From Lytechinus pictus (taxonomy: Eukaryota): a stretch of DNA of 64,000 bases. The stretch covers positions 20,896,001-20,960,000 of the forward strand of contig NC_087250.1 in the NCBI RefSeq assembly GCF_037042905.1. The letters run 5' to 3'. The position numbers were made by a program, and so were the translations under genes. Of this stretch, positions 39,508 to 52,396 are shown one piece after another; the first letter of the stretch is position 1, and each line of letters begins with the position of its first letter. Below the pieces are notes generated by a model. The model was given only the letters and a program-made list of their open reading frames with translations, was not told the DNA's origin and did no database searches.

Positions 39508-42172
39508 TTAATTTATTGCATAGCAGACGATTATTACTTATTTTCCAAACACTGTCCCATTCCCAACTTGGATCCTTAACCCTACATTTTGGAACAAAAT
39601 CTATTGTTAACAAAGAAATAACATCCTTTAGTGTTTTACAAGTGGTAACAAAATCTTGCTTACGACTGTATAGAATTTAACCACTTTCTCCTATTTTTGT
39701 ACAATGAGAAAGAGTAAATGTTACTTTTTTATATTTGTTATTTCTTTGAATAAAATATTTTGATAAATAAGTGAATAAGCTTCCTCTAGCTTGATTTACC
39801 TTTACCATCGGGGTCTTGAATGGTCAATGTCAGTTATCCTCAATTTGGTGTTCCTTTAGATGGCCTGATTAATAGGGAAGGTAAATGAAAGCCATCTTTA
39901 ATTGTTTTAGAGATATGTCCGATATGTATTCATTTATTTCAAATATTTAAAAGAAGGGTAGCCCAATCAGCAACAAGCTGGTTTTCGTTGGGGCCCCTTC
40001 GTAAACAAACATAAATATAAAACATGTCACATATCCGTAGATAAAACCTAAGTTTGTGTCTTGTAATGGTTCTCTCTTAAAAGAGAGAATCAGTCTGTTT
40101 GACAGGATTTTGTTGAGGTGTTGAAATGGTCGGAGTGCGCCTCTCCATGACTGCAATGAATTTCATGAGTAGTGTCCCATTTTCTATTTATCAAACTTCT
40201 TATATTGAAACATGGAGCTGACGTCTTCGTAGAACAGCTTTTTCTATTAGCTTATACGAAGAGATCTTCCATCTGGAACAAATAAAAAGGGAGAGCTTTG
40301 CCATGTATAAATGCAATCGTATATGCACAAAAGTAAACATCTAGAATTAAACCTGTGTCAGATTAGAGTCTGCGGGTGACACTGTTATCATACTAGCCGA
40401 TTTCGGATTGAATTATTATCACTACTCGCATGTAAAGGGGACTTAAATCTGTTTTCATTGTAATCGATTATAACAAAATGTATAACTCATGAAAAAATGT
40501 ACTGACACTTTTATCAGTAATAATCACATATTGATAATTAGAATAAAATGAATTAGAAAAAATCTCAACCAAAAAACATATGATGTAAATTTGTTCTAGT
40601 TCCTTTATTTACCTACAAATTCATATCAATAATTATAAACCTCTCTTTAAGAATGTCGAATAATCCGTTCCTTTGATACTATATGAAAACATGAAACTAT
40701 ACTTCCTGAAGCATACGGACGGACATTTTTGTCGCAACAGAATTGTATAAGTTTTATAACACCATCACCGACGGATGGTCCAATATCCTATATATGAAAG
40801 AAAATACATGTTCATTACATAGCTTTCCTCATAAATCTGCTCAAATGTGGTCGGTCACAGATTACAACCGTTTGGGATTTATGATAAAGGGATGGTCCGG
40901 GCTGAAAATATGGAGGCTTTTTAAGCAGCTGTGAGTGAGCGAAGTGAACGAGCAAAATATTCGATCTCTTCAATACAAAAAGAATCTTATTTTGCGATAG
41001 ATTTAAACATACCTGTAATACGCTAAAATGAAACTTGTGACAGGTAAGAATCTGCGAATGACACTGTTATCATACTAACGGATTTGGGATTGTATCACGA
41101 TCACTATTCGCATATAACAAGAGACATACATTTTTATCATAATCGATTATTATAAAGTATAACTAATGAAAAAAAATTACAATTATGTCAGTAATGAAAA
41201 ATAATGAACAATGAACATTAAGTAACAGGCTTTTTTAATTTTTTAATTTTTATGATGAACCAAAACATATGATGTAAATATTTTGAAGCCATTTTTTATA
41301 TAAGTACAAATTTACATCATTAACTAGGATATACCATGAATATATATTTTATATTAAAGAGAAGCTCCGTCTGTATTTCGACGGACGACATTTGGTCGTA
41401 ACAGAATTGTATCCTTTTTGGAAGACCACTACTGACGGATGTGGTCTATTGTACTCAAAAGAAAGAACATGTTCATTGCATCCTCCACATACATATTCAT
41501 CGTTATCGTTCCCTAATTGTGAATGGCCACAGTTTACAGTCGCTGCGGATTTATTATAAATCGTTGAAATTCATAGAAGTCAAAGACTGGAGGGGCAAGA
41601 CTTGGCGTATGATGGAGGCTTTATACACAGCTCGCTGCAAGGGAGCAAAATATTTTCACCTCAAAAATACAAAGATGTAATTCTTAGATAGGTTTTAAAA
41701 TACTAGTATAATAATAAAAAATATAATTTAGGATTTCCCGGCGAATTCGCTCAATTTTCATTTTAATCAATATTTTTGGCATTTGAATTAGCTTAGATCG
41801 GTTTTACCGTGCAAATTGTCATTACATATTTTTATTTTTACATAAGATTAACGATGTTTGTCAAAGATTTGTGAGTTCTTTTCATTGAAATTAGAAACGA
41901 ACCAGTTAGCAACTGTCAGTGATTATCAAAGCGTCATTTCTAGCTTTAAAGTTAGCGATTGGAATTCTTTTTTTTTTTTTGAAGGGATCATTCAAGTTAA
42001 GAATGCATGGGAATAAATGTTAAAAGTGCTTAAAAATCTTAGAATGTGCCGAAAATGCCTGTTTGTCGTTTTGATCTACTATGTCATTTCCTCTATTCGT
42101 TATCAAGAACGAAGTATCTGGGTCTATTCAGAATTTTAGCTATAATATAAGAAGGGGAGTAATAAATGCACT

Positions 42173-42360
42173 GGGCTGGGCGTTGTGGCGTGCGCATGTA
42201 ATCCAAGCTGTGGGGAAGTTACAAATTGATGCAGAGGTTCGAGCCCTGGTCACGCCTTTCGGATGGTGACGTTAAAGGTCGGTCCCAGACGTAAATAATC
42301 ATATCTGATTTGATTGATACACGTCTGACAAAACTCAAATACACACACACACACACGCAC
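42173..42360 (+). mobile_element. SINE with a 7SL/Alu-domain-like head, B box, Deu-like core and (CA)n tail
   Basis: GCTGGGCGTTGTGGCGTGCGCATGTAATCCAAGCT matches the recalled 7SL 5' end at 27/35 positions; then GGTTCGAGCCC and CTTTCGGATGGTGACGTTAAA. Confidence 0.65.
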
Positions 42361-43451
42361 ATTATGCACAGACACGTCTATAGCATATTGAGCATGATGT
42401 GATGGTCACATCTGTGCAGTACCCTCAACTCTCCCTTTCGCTGTACAGATTTGGAATATAACAAGAATACTGAACTCACAAGGGCGCCAACCTAACAACA
42501 ACCAACCACAATAAAATTATGATGAATATAAGTAAGATTAATCGCACATATTGATACATGCAGATATATATATATATAATATATATAATATGTTTGTATA
42601 TATATATGTAATTATAGATATATTGTAGATCTTTTTTTTCATTTCATTTTATGTGGTGATGGATAAAACAAGATCTGACAAATTCTTAAGTTAAGCATTA
42701 TAATTGCAAAACCTAGCATGATTATACTGTATACGAAAAAAAAAGAAACAAAAATAAAAGAAAGGTGGAGAAATAAATGAAGAACACTCTCTAATGTCGA
42801 TAAAGTAAGAATAAAAGATAAAGAATAGGAATCCCATGAGCACTGCATAAATTAGAGGCAAATTATAATGCACTTTGTGCTGATTTGATTGCTATACTGC
42901 GAAATTAAATAATAAAATCATGCCGTCGCGAGAACCGAAAACCATTTGTGCTAAAAAGGAGGACCGCTTTGCAAAAGAAGGACATTGTTCATTGATTAAA
43001 AAGAAACTACAATTCATGCTAATAGAACTTCGTAAATATTTAAACAAGAAAAGGATTATAAAGCAAATATATCCCAGAGTGCACGGAATCCGTCGAATTT
43101 GAAAGAATTTAAAATTTAACATCAATCCTCTACTCCCGATACCGTCCGGGATATCCTATATTATTTCCTTTTTCTCTTTGTTCTTCTCCATTTTTTTTCT
43201 TGACTATGATGATCATATTGATTTGATAAACATTAATTCACTTTCGGAATTCAAAGTGAGGTTCTACGTGGTATTGGATAGAGCCCTCCCTGCTCAAGTT
43301 TGAGACACATAGGGGGTACATGTACTCAGTGGCGTACCTAGGATTTTCCACAGGGGGGGCAAAACCGTCCGCCAAAAAATTTGACAAGCAAAAAAAAATA
43401 AAGGTCTTCGATCAAAAATAAGGGATTCCGTACCTGAAAAAAAATTTGACA

Positions 43452-43486
<35 letters not shown>

Positions 43487-45019
43487 TCTTCAAGCTCGTC
43501 AGGGGGGGCAATAAAGATGAAGAAATTTGCTAGAATAGTAAATTTTTCAATAAGTGACGTCATAAACGAGCAGCTACCCCATTTCTTATGTAATATAAAA
43601 TTCTTGAGTTTACTTGGATTTTTTTTTTTTTTGCTTTCAGTGGCATTTTTGAAATGATATGTTGGTTGATATATTGAAGGTGCAATGAAAACATTTACAT
43701 TATTTTTGTTAGAAAGTGGCATTTTATTGTTTATTTCTAATTCACGTAGTATGACGTCACAAATGAAAAATAAACTCCTGATAACTGTTTTAAGTAGCTG
43801 TGAGTGAGTGAAGCGAACGAGCAAAATTGTTGATCTCTGTAATAAAAAAATTATTATGTGATAGATTTAAACACACCAGTAATATTCAGAAAATAACATG
43901 TTCCACTCTTTCCTTTTCTTTTCGTCATTTTCATTGGCCATGGAAAATTTGGGGTCCATTACACCAAAGCCCCCCCCCAAAAAAAAAAAAAAAATAATAA
44001 ATAAAATATATATATATATATATAATACACTGTAGCAATGTTCAATCAAAATGTAGCAGGCTTATTGCTAAGATAACTGAATGCAACACATTTTACATGT
44101 TGAGTTCTATGGGAAAAAAATGTGGGAAATTGAGATATTAAGAGGAGGGAAAAGTGGAAATAGCCTCCAACAGGAACAAATAAAAGAGGGGAGCTTTGCT
44201 CTGTATGACTGCATACAGCAAATTACTAAGAAACTTGTGACAGATAAGAGTCTGTGGATCGATTTGGGATTGTATCACTATTCGCATATAAAAAGTGACA
44301 TACATTTTTTATTTATAATCGATTATAAAAGTAAAAACTTGTAAAAAGTACTGAAAAATTGAACACTTATGTCAGTGATATTTTAAAAATTATTGTTAAT
44401 TAACATTGTTTTTCAATAAATTCTTTAATTGTTCAATTTTATTGATGAAAATTAAAAATAAAATATTTAGAAGTTAATGTTTAGTTAGGTTCAAATTTAT
44501 ATCAATAACTAGAATATATTATTACTAAATTTTGTATAAATACATGAAGCTTCTTTCATCCTCTGACGGACGACATTTGGTCGTAACAGAATTGTATCCT
44601 TTTTGGAAGACCATCAAGGACGGATGGTCTGATTATATTGCAAAGAAAGTTCATCTTCATCACACAAATATTTCGTACATCCATTCCAAATGTGAATGGT
44701 CACAGTTTACAGCTATATGGATTTGTTAAATTTCAATGGAATCTAAATTTTGAGGGGCGAGACTTGACGTATGGACATGATAGAAGCTTTATAAACAGCT
44801 CGCTGCGATTGAGCAAAATATTTTCACCTCTCTAATACAACAAATGACATTTTGAGATAATATAGGTTTAGAAATACTAGTATAATACTCAAATGTAATA
44901 CAGGATTTCCCGGCGAAATTAACGCATTTTATTTGGAATCGATATTTTGGGCATTTAAATTAGCGTAGATAATAATTATAGTAATAACAATAATAATAGT
45001 TCTTAATTACCCAGGGTAT

Positions 45020-45975
45020 ATAGCCACTATCAGCTGTTCTTCTAGTCTAGATTCTAGACGTCGGTCTACTTGTTATTTCTATCCCCTTGCTTCATTCTCC
45101 CCTGCGCGCCATTCCCAGTGACCGCGCTATCCCCTCTTTCACGATGAGGGCAGGAAATTGTGGGGCTGTTTTCATTTCGGGCGTAGAGGTCGAGGATTGT
45201 GTTATTGATCAACTGAAAAGCAGAACAGTCCTGGCAAAGGACTACTGTTCTTCAAGCGGGCCCTGCATTATGTTATTACCCTTCTCCATTCTCATACGCC
45301 AAGCGCCTGAGAAGGAGGTCCCATTTTTATAGGATGGTATGACTCGACGGAGGATCGAACCCACGACCTCCCGTTCATGAGGCGGGCGCTCTACCCCCGG
45401 GGGGGGGGGGGCACTCAGTATATAATGCATAGTGGGTATGTGCCGCGGAGGGGACCCCCATTTTTACACTCAAATTTCCGTTCCAAGGCATAGCATTTTT
45501 GTCTTTTTGAGAAAAAGAACAAAGAAAGCCGCTCCAAGGCATTGCATTTCCTTCTTATCGAGAAAAAAGAAGAAAGAAATCCGTTCCAAAGCTTTGCATA
45601 TTTTTCGTTACGCCGTTCCGGTCGCATTGATTTGCTACAAGGAGTTGCAATTTGGTGAAAAGCGGCCGTAGAGCGCTTTTCGACCATCGCCTAAGCGAGA
45701 GCGCACCCGGCGGAGGCCGCGCTAGCTGCGTCATGCACGATTGCCCGTTCCATAGGGATGCATACGCACTCACAGAGACACGGAGATCCGTTCCGAGGAC
45801 CCCCGTTTTCACAAACATTTGTAGTTCCGAAGCCCGTTCCGAGGACCCTCCTTTTTACAATAAGCCCGCTCCAAGGCCCCCGTTTTTTGCCTCGCCCGCG
45901 GCACACCCCTACCACTTTTTTGGTCGAGTGCCCCCCCCCCCCCCCCCCGGGGCTCTACCACTGAGCCGCCGTGTC
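45020..45975 (-). mobile_element. tRNA-derived SINE split by a CCCGGG-terminated TIR element (45396-45951, 8-bp TSD)
   Basis: A box GGCTCAGTGGTAGAGC and B box GGTTCGATCC are rejoined when the insert is removed; TSD GCTCTACC at 45388-45395 and 45952-45959. Confidence 0.82.
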
Positions 45976-47679
45976 CAGTTTTGCCGTGCAAATTGCCATT
46001 AAATATTTTTATTTTCACATGAGATTTGGGATGTTTGTCTAATGAGTTTTGTTCATTCAATTTCAAAACGAGCAAGTTACTAATCAAAACAGTCAGTGAT
46101 TTTCGATTATTTCTAGGTTTTTAAATTAGCGATTTGATTTTTTTTGTAAGGGATCATTCAAGTTAAGAATGCAGGGGAATAAATGTAACAATATTAGTGT
46201 TTACCAATCTAAGAATGTGCTAAAAATGTTCATCTAATCGTTTTCAAGAACAAACAAAACTGACATCAATTGGAAGGCTAATAAAAAACAGAAAAAGAGT
46301 GATCTCGAACCTGAACCAAAATCCTTAATATTACATGCACAGATCATTCTGTTTGCAGATGTTGAGTGAGAGTTGTTTAATTGTGACGTCATTCACTTCA
46401 GCTGTTTTCTCTTTTAGAAGAGGGTAGGGCATTTCTGATGATATTGACCCTGAAACAAAATATCACTTTTTTATAATAAATAACATAGCACAAATATAGA
46501 TCAAAGAACTGCTCGTTTGTGACTTCACAAAATCAACCATTTTTCAATTCATAATTCTATAACTCTTTATTTTGTTTCTATTCCTTTTATTAAATCCAAC
46601 TTATATTGTCAGTGTTGGCTTTCCTTTTAAAACAAAAGAGAAAAATAAAATACCAAAAATATGAAAAATTACATCATAATTACAAAGCTTGGTTTGAACG
46701 TACAATTATTGTGATCAACACATCCATACATTTGACAATTCTTAACGAAAATGAAGTAAAACAATGTCATGAATAACTTCTAAATCAATTAAATTTGTTC
46801 TCAAAGTATCTGATATACATTTTTTTTCTAGAGTCTTTTCTCTTACATTTATACACATACATAATATATATGTCTAATTGAAAAACAGTATACGCTAAAA
46901 TCGAACAAATTATTTACCATTTCTTGATGGTTGTATCACACACACAAAAAAAGAATCTTGAATCCTGTAAATTATTAAAATACACTAATAAGATTTATGA
47001 GAGAAGATTTAATATTCATAATCCTCGGACACACTCACATCCCACCCCCACCACACTCAACACAGATTCACGCACAAACACCCCCCCCCTGCACACACAC
47101 ACACACACATACACTCTCACACACACACACATACATACATCCACCAAATCAAATGCATTTCATCTGTCCGCATAAGTGTCATGGCAGCCGTCATGAAAAT
47201 AAGTGCATGTCTAAGTTTAGTTCCCCGTTGCTATTGCAACGGGGAACGATTCTAGAACATACTAAAATGTATTGAAAGTGCCCAAATTACAATAAACAGC
47301 AGAGAGGTCTTTGTCGGAAGTTGTTGAACCGGGACAGCAAATCGTCCTAAGATTTGGAGCTGACAGAAAATTGCAAATATGTAGTTTGTTTAGAATCAAA
47401 GAAAAAACTGCTGTTTTGATTCATCGATTTAAAAAAAACATGACTGCTTTGTCATAAAGGATTTTTTTTACAATATAATTCTTTATGTTCGAGAAAGCTT
47501 CTGAGTAGGGATTGCGAAAGCTCACTGTTGTAAAAAAAAAAAAATCGAAAAATCGAGAATGTTAAGCCATTATCATGGTGATTGGATTTTTTTGCATCAA
47601 TAGTGAAATCAGGTAAGACATGCAAGAAAATGTCCGCCTTGGCAAATACCAAAGAGTGGTTTGCTTCTTATTTTAAATA

Positions 47680-47860
47680 ATTTTTCCCCCATGGTTTGTT
47701 TTCACGATCTTAGCCATAATTATGAAGAACGGTCTTTGCATAAACCAGAAACCAAGTTCTTTTAATCTTTTGATTTCGGAGGCGGCGTTCTTAATCCAGT
47801 TCTTGTAAATTATCATGGGCTGTTGTTCTGTATGCAGCGCCCTCAACGATCAAATATAGC
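47680..47860 (-). pseudogene. Degenerate duplicate of the glycosyltransferase C-terminus
   Basis: Translates LRALHTEQQPMIIYKNWIKNAASEIKRLKELGFWF, versus WRALHTEQQPVMIHNNWIKNSASKVKRFKELGLWY in the gene; out of frame with the gene. Confidence 0.85.
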
Positions 47861-49666
47861 TTAGATATACCATAAACCCAGTTCTTTAAATCGTTTAACT
47901 TTTGAGGCTGAGTTCTTAATCCAGTTGTTGTGAATCATCACTGGTTGCTGTTCCGTGTGTAGCGCCCTCCACGACTGGTCGAAATAGTATCGTCCGCTGA
48001 CGAAAAGGTCACCATTCATTGGGTGAATCCGCACCATTTTTTTAATATCCCTTTCTCGAAGCAGTCTGTTAAGGATCACTTGATCAGGGGTCTTTGGGTC
48101 TGCTGCTATCCGCTCCATGAATCGCTTGAGGAATTCCCGCGTGGCATTCGTAGATTGGTAATACACAAAGCCAGCACAAAAGACATCCGAATGGTTGTGA
48201 TTGTCTTTCTTCCAGACATCCATTTGGAGAGTGACATCGAGATCATCGTCAAAGTGTGGGAAAGGATCCTGGAGAAGAACGATGTCGACGTCAGAAAAGA
48301 GCACGTCAAATCCTTTTTTGAGGAAGTGAGAGATATACGAAGGACGTTTATTGACAAATTTAAGGTAGCCTTCGGAGCTGAACTTCAGAACACCTTCTTT
48401 ATGATGTTTGGCATCGGCTGCTAGTTTGACCTCGAGGCTTGGATAGTCGGTGAAAGCATTGATGGCTTTGAACGATGCAGCGTCTTCGGCCACGATGACA
48501 ATTCTGTCCTGAACACCACTGCGTTTCAGGCTTTCTAGCCAGTTCTTGGTGAAGTGCAGGAAGCCTGAATTGGTTGTTGCCAAGATCATTCGCTTGTTTC
48601 TTGGGACAATGTCGGTGGCGCCCTCTACATCTTCATCAGCAATGTCGGTGGTGGCGACTACGTCTCTATCAGCGATGGAACCCCTGATTTGAGGCAATGA
48701 CCTGCATGTGAAATGCAGATTTATGTTAGTGCTTCAACTAATGTGGATTAGGCGTATACTCTAAAAAAGAAAAGTCTAAAAAATACACAATTTAAGGGGG
48801 AAAATATGCCATGAACACAGAATTATTATATATGGCCTAAAAGAATATGTTCTCCCAAATAGTTTGATACCTTATCTATGTGTTATTCCTCCACGCTTGA
48901 ATAATCAGTAGGTATTCTTTGCGGTTATTTGAATTGTTATTCCCTTCAAGTAAAGGCATGGCTGCAATAAATGAATCCAGATCTCAATAATGTAATAATC
49001 CTGCAATGGTTGCATGAAAATCATTTCAAATCACCTTGTCAGTAATTTACAATAATGTTTTTAATACATATTTTTGGTATCAATAAATTGTTAAGATATA
49101 TTCATCGAAAAAGGGAATTGCAAATAATTATGTTAACTAACTTATGTAGAATTATGACATCATTGGCATCTATGCCGTGAATTTATTTGTTTATATATAT
49201 GTATTATTGTCATTATTAATTCATGTATTTATTTAATATTGTTGAACCTCACACTGCACATACATTACAAGGCAAAGTTTTCTTGATGCCATGCTGCTTT
49301 GTTTTTATATACACATGTACATAATATATATCGTATCCAGTATTTTCCAAAGGGGGGGGGGGCACATTTTGCCGAGGAAAAACTTGCCAAGCAAAATAGA
49401 AAAAGGCCTTCACGTTCAAAAGGAAGGGCACACTTCTGTTTAAACGGCATTTTACATAAAAAAAATAATAATTGTGTCCAGGCTCTCAGGGGGGGGGGGG
49501 GGGGGGCGGCCATGGGCCGGCTTTATATATCATACATTTAAATACAATTTTACCTGGGAGTTATTCTCGGACCAAGGTAGACTGGACCTGTAAAAGTAAA
49601 AATAATTGTCATGGCAACTGCTCCAGAAATCCATCCTGCCAAATATGGCCTCAAAGAAGCCGCCAT
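47861..49666 (-). CDS. Nucleotide-diphospho-sugar transferase (GT77/Nucleotid_trans family), type II membrane protein, 317 aa
   Basis: Coding exons 49666-49554 (MAASLRPYLAGWISGAVAMTIIFTFTGPVYLGPRITP, signal anchor) and 48701-47861, joined by a phase-2 GT-AG intron. DxD motif (FSDVD), CAGF, DQ and HNNW. Acceptor at 49717; probable 5'UTR exon with donor at 50194. Confidence 0.9.
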
Positions 49667-52296
49667 TTGTTTGTCTTTTTTATGTTCTTTCTTTCTGATG
49701 TCACCTTTCAATCAATCTGCAAAAAAATGAACGAAACTAAATAGTAGATAAATATTATTATATCGACCCCCCCCCCCCCCAAAAAAAAAAAAGGCGCAGT
49801 CTATGGCACAAAGAAATACGTTATCATAAGAGTATGTCTTTGATACAAAACACATTTAGTATATTTCACCATAACCATAATACTGGTAAATTATTGCGTT
49901 TCTTGACCCCCCCCCCTCCCGCCCCTACTCGTAATTCATTCGCACCACGCCCCTCTACACACATGACACTATTCACATTATATTAGCCGTTTTTACTAAA
50001 CTGAGGAGGATATCATTTAGTGTTTTAAAAGTGGGAGGGGGGGTGTTAACATTTAGATGGTATTAAAAAAAAAGAACCTATGTACACGGTATTGGCAAAT
50101 GTGTGTGGGAGGGGGGTGGGGGTTGTGAAGTCGCAGCCCCCCCCCCCCCCCACCTCCACATGACCCCCGTTATAAATATAAAAACTAGTCTTACCTTTTG
50201 CGACTTTATTTCCTCTTTGGGCTTATGATGAAACGAAATCCATGATTGATTGTTACGATCACATCCAGATTGATGAAATAAGATGTATTGATTTGAAATG
50301 TAAGTGTGTAACGACATAGGGTCTTTAACAAGCAGCTTGATGAAACGCCGAAATCCAGGATTGATTTGACTTCTAACGTCGTAGCACTCTTTTCACAAAA
50401 TCACACTTATCCAACACATCCTTGCAAATGATATTGGCCGTATACCCGCATTCATACATGGGGATGTACAATCGATGACACTTTCATGAAACAAGGTCTG
50501 TTGAGATGGATTCGAGCCAGTACATATGCAATGAAAATTTATTTTCTAATATGCATTTCCAACGTCTATTACCATGACCCTATGCCAGATGAGTTGGAAT
50601 ATACATGACGGTATATTAGTCGCATGTATCTAAATGTATCGAATAAGCTTGACCACTTGAAAGGATTTTGAGTGGGTAGGTCTATTTGTTTACCCAAGAA
50701 AATAGTACTCCTCTGTGAAGACTTATTGCATTTTGTTTGACACGGGCAAACACGGTGATGGTAGGAAACTTTCTTTATATTCTTGTCGGTCCGTTATTTA
50801 CTTGATATCTTGCATTTTGTTGTCCTCCTCGTCGTTTTATGCATGGGTGTCGACCGGTGCTCATGGGGGGGGGGGGGGGGGGTGACCATAGAAGTGGATA
50901 TACTAAGCATCTTTATAATGGGGGATGACACAGATTCTGTGAAAAAGATAAGGGGAATTCAGCCTTGGTCATAAAATGTTGTGTTGGAAAGGAGAAAATA
51001 AATTAAACAGAATGGTGAAAGTTGGAAAGAATTACCGAACAAGCAGTAAGAAGGTATCACTATATAAGACTATGTAGATTTCGAATTGGCAACTGGGTAA
51101 GTAAATTATGACAAGGGGTAAGGACAACTCTCCCATAGGCCATGTACTTAATGATCAGGGATTTGTGGTTTTCTCCTATAAGTACCCATTTCCTTGGGGC
51201 GGTAATCTAAATATAACTCAGGTATATTGGTTTATGTCCTCATGGAAATAAATTTTTTGGGAAAAATAACATTTTAGCCATTTTAAGTATTGGAGTACAT
51301 CGGCCCTTGCCTTACATCACTATGACATCACAAATGCAGCCAATTTGAAGTCTCCATGTGTATAGTGATTACCAATATTTACAACTTTTAACGATTCATA
51401 ACTTTCTTATCGTTTGTCAGATATTGTTCAAACTTTCACCTGTCAACTTGTCTGACATTTCTTTTTCCTATAAAACAAGGTTTTAGTGGGGTTGGATTCC
51501 CCTTTCAACTCAAAGATCTATATAAAAGTGTATTTTTTTATTTAAGGGGGGGGGGTGGGGTGTTATTCAGCCTGAAGTTTTAAGTGCATCGTTAGCTTCG
51601 TAGTCCAATACAACAAGACTTGCAAATTCGTGAGAACTAGATCCATAACGCGAGCGGGAAGTGAGAGTTTTTTTTTTATGGTATATTGGCTTGGAAATGA
51701 ACAATTTTAATGGCCCTTCAATAATCTATTTCCACAAAAATAAAAATAAAAATCAATATATTACAATATTCAATACATACTAGTATTAGTGAAGGAACCT
51801 CAACCACCCCCCCCCCCCCCCAAAAAAAATGAATATAGAAATAGCTTGAATTGCAAATGATCCCTTTTTTTTCCCCTTTTATCCCGGGTCCTTTTTAAAA
51901 TTTTGATGTTCATTCTTTTGAACTTTTCCACCCATTTCATATTATAAACCCGAAAAAATAAAACTGACAAAAGTGAAGATCGAAATGAATGTAAAATAAA
52001 CAGGGTCACAACGTATTGTTTGGTTGTGGGCGGTTTTAATATCTTCCACCACCCCCGACATCCATGATTTTTTTTTCTCCAACTTGGTTTTGCGTAGTTT
52101 TATTTTTTCCCTTCAGCATCCTATTGACCGTGGTTTTGTTTATTATATAACATTATTTATTTTGTTTCCTTTAAGATCCCCTTTAATGTGTAGAGATCTT
52201 TCTATATAGGCATTTTGCTTCTTTGTCGATCGAGTTTTACATTTGAAAATGATACTGTTGAAGAGAGAGCAGGGGTACAAACAAAAAAGGGAAATG

Positions 52297-52396
<100 letters not shown>

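Larger units (their letters stand above)
37712..39800 (-). mobile_element. L1/Tx1-like LINE 3' fragment with nested SINE and MITE; shorter copies at 31945-32190 (+), 32960-33345 (-), 35355-35720 (-)
   Basis: AATAAA-like signal and A tail; residual ORF FVYGFP...WFVVKNAIWAKRC. The extent beyond 39120 is uncertain. Confidence 0.6.
3900..44900. repeat. Diverged array of ~17-18 copies of a ~1 kb non-coding module with conserved, near-fixed-spacing motifs
   Basis: TAATCGAT(T/C)-type box at 4238, 5531, 7098, 10015, 16314, 19006, 21257, 25002, 27687, 31908, 33603, 35978 (forward modules) and 34854, 37222, 40461, 41140, 44316 (inverted modules). Most copies also carry a GACC...GGTC hairpin plus CCAAAATT, a TCTAG box, TTGGTGT(G/T)TGGA, and flanking GGATCAT/GTGACGTTG/TTCACTGCA blocks. 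Confidence 0.85.
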
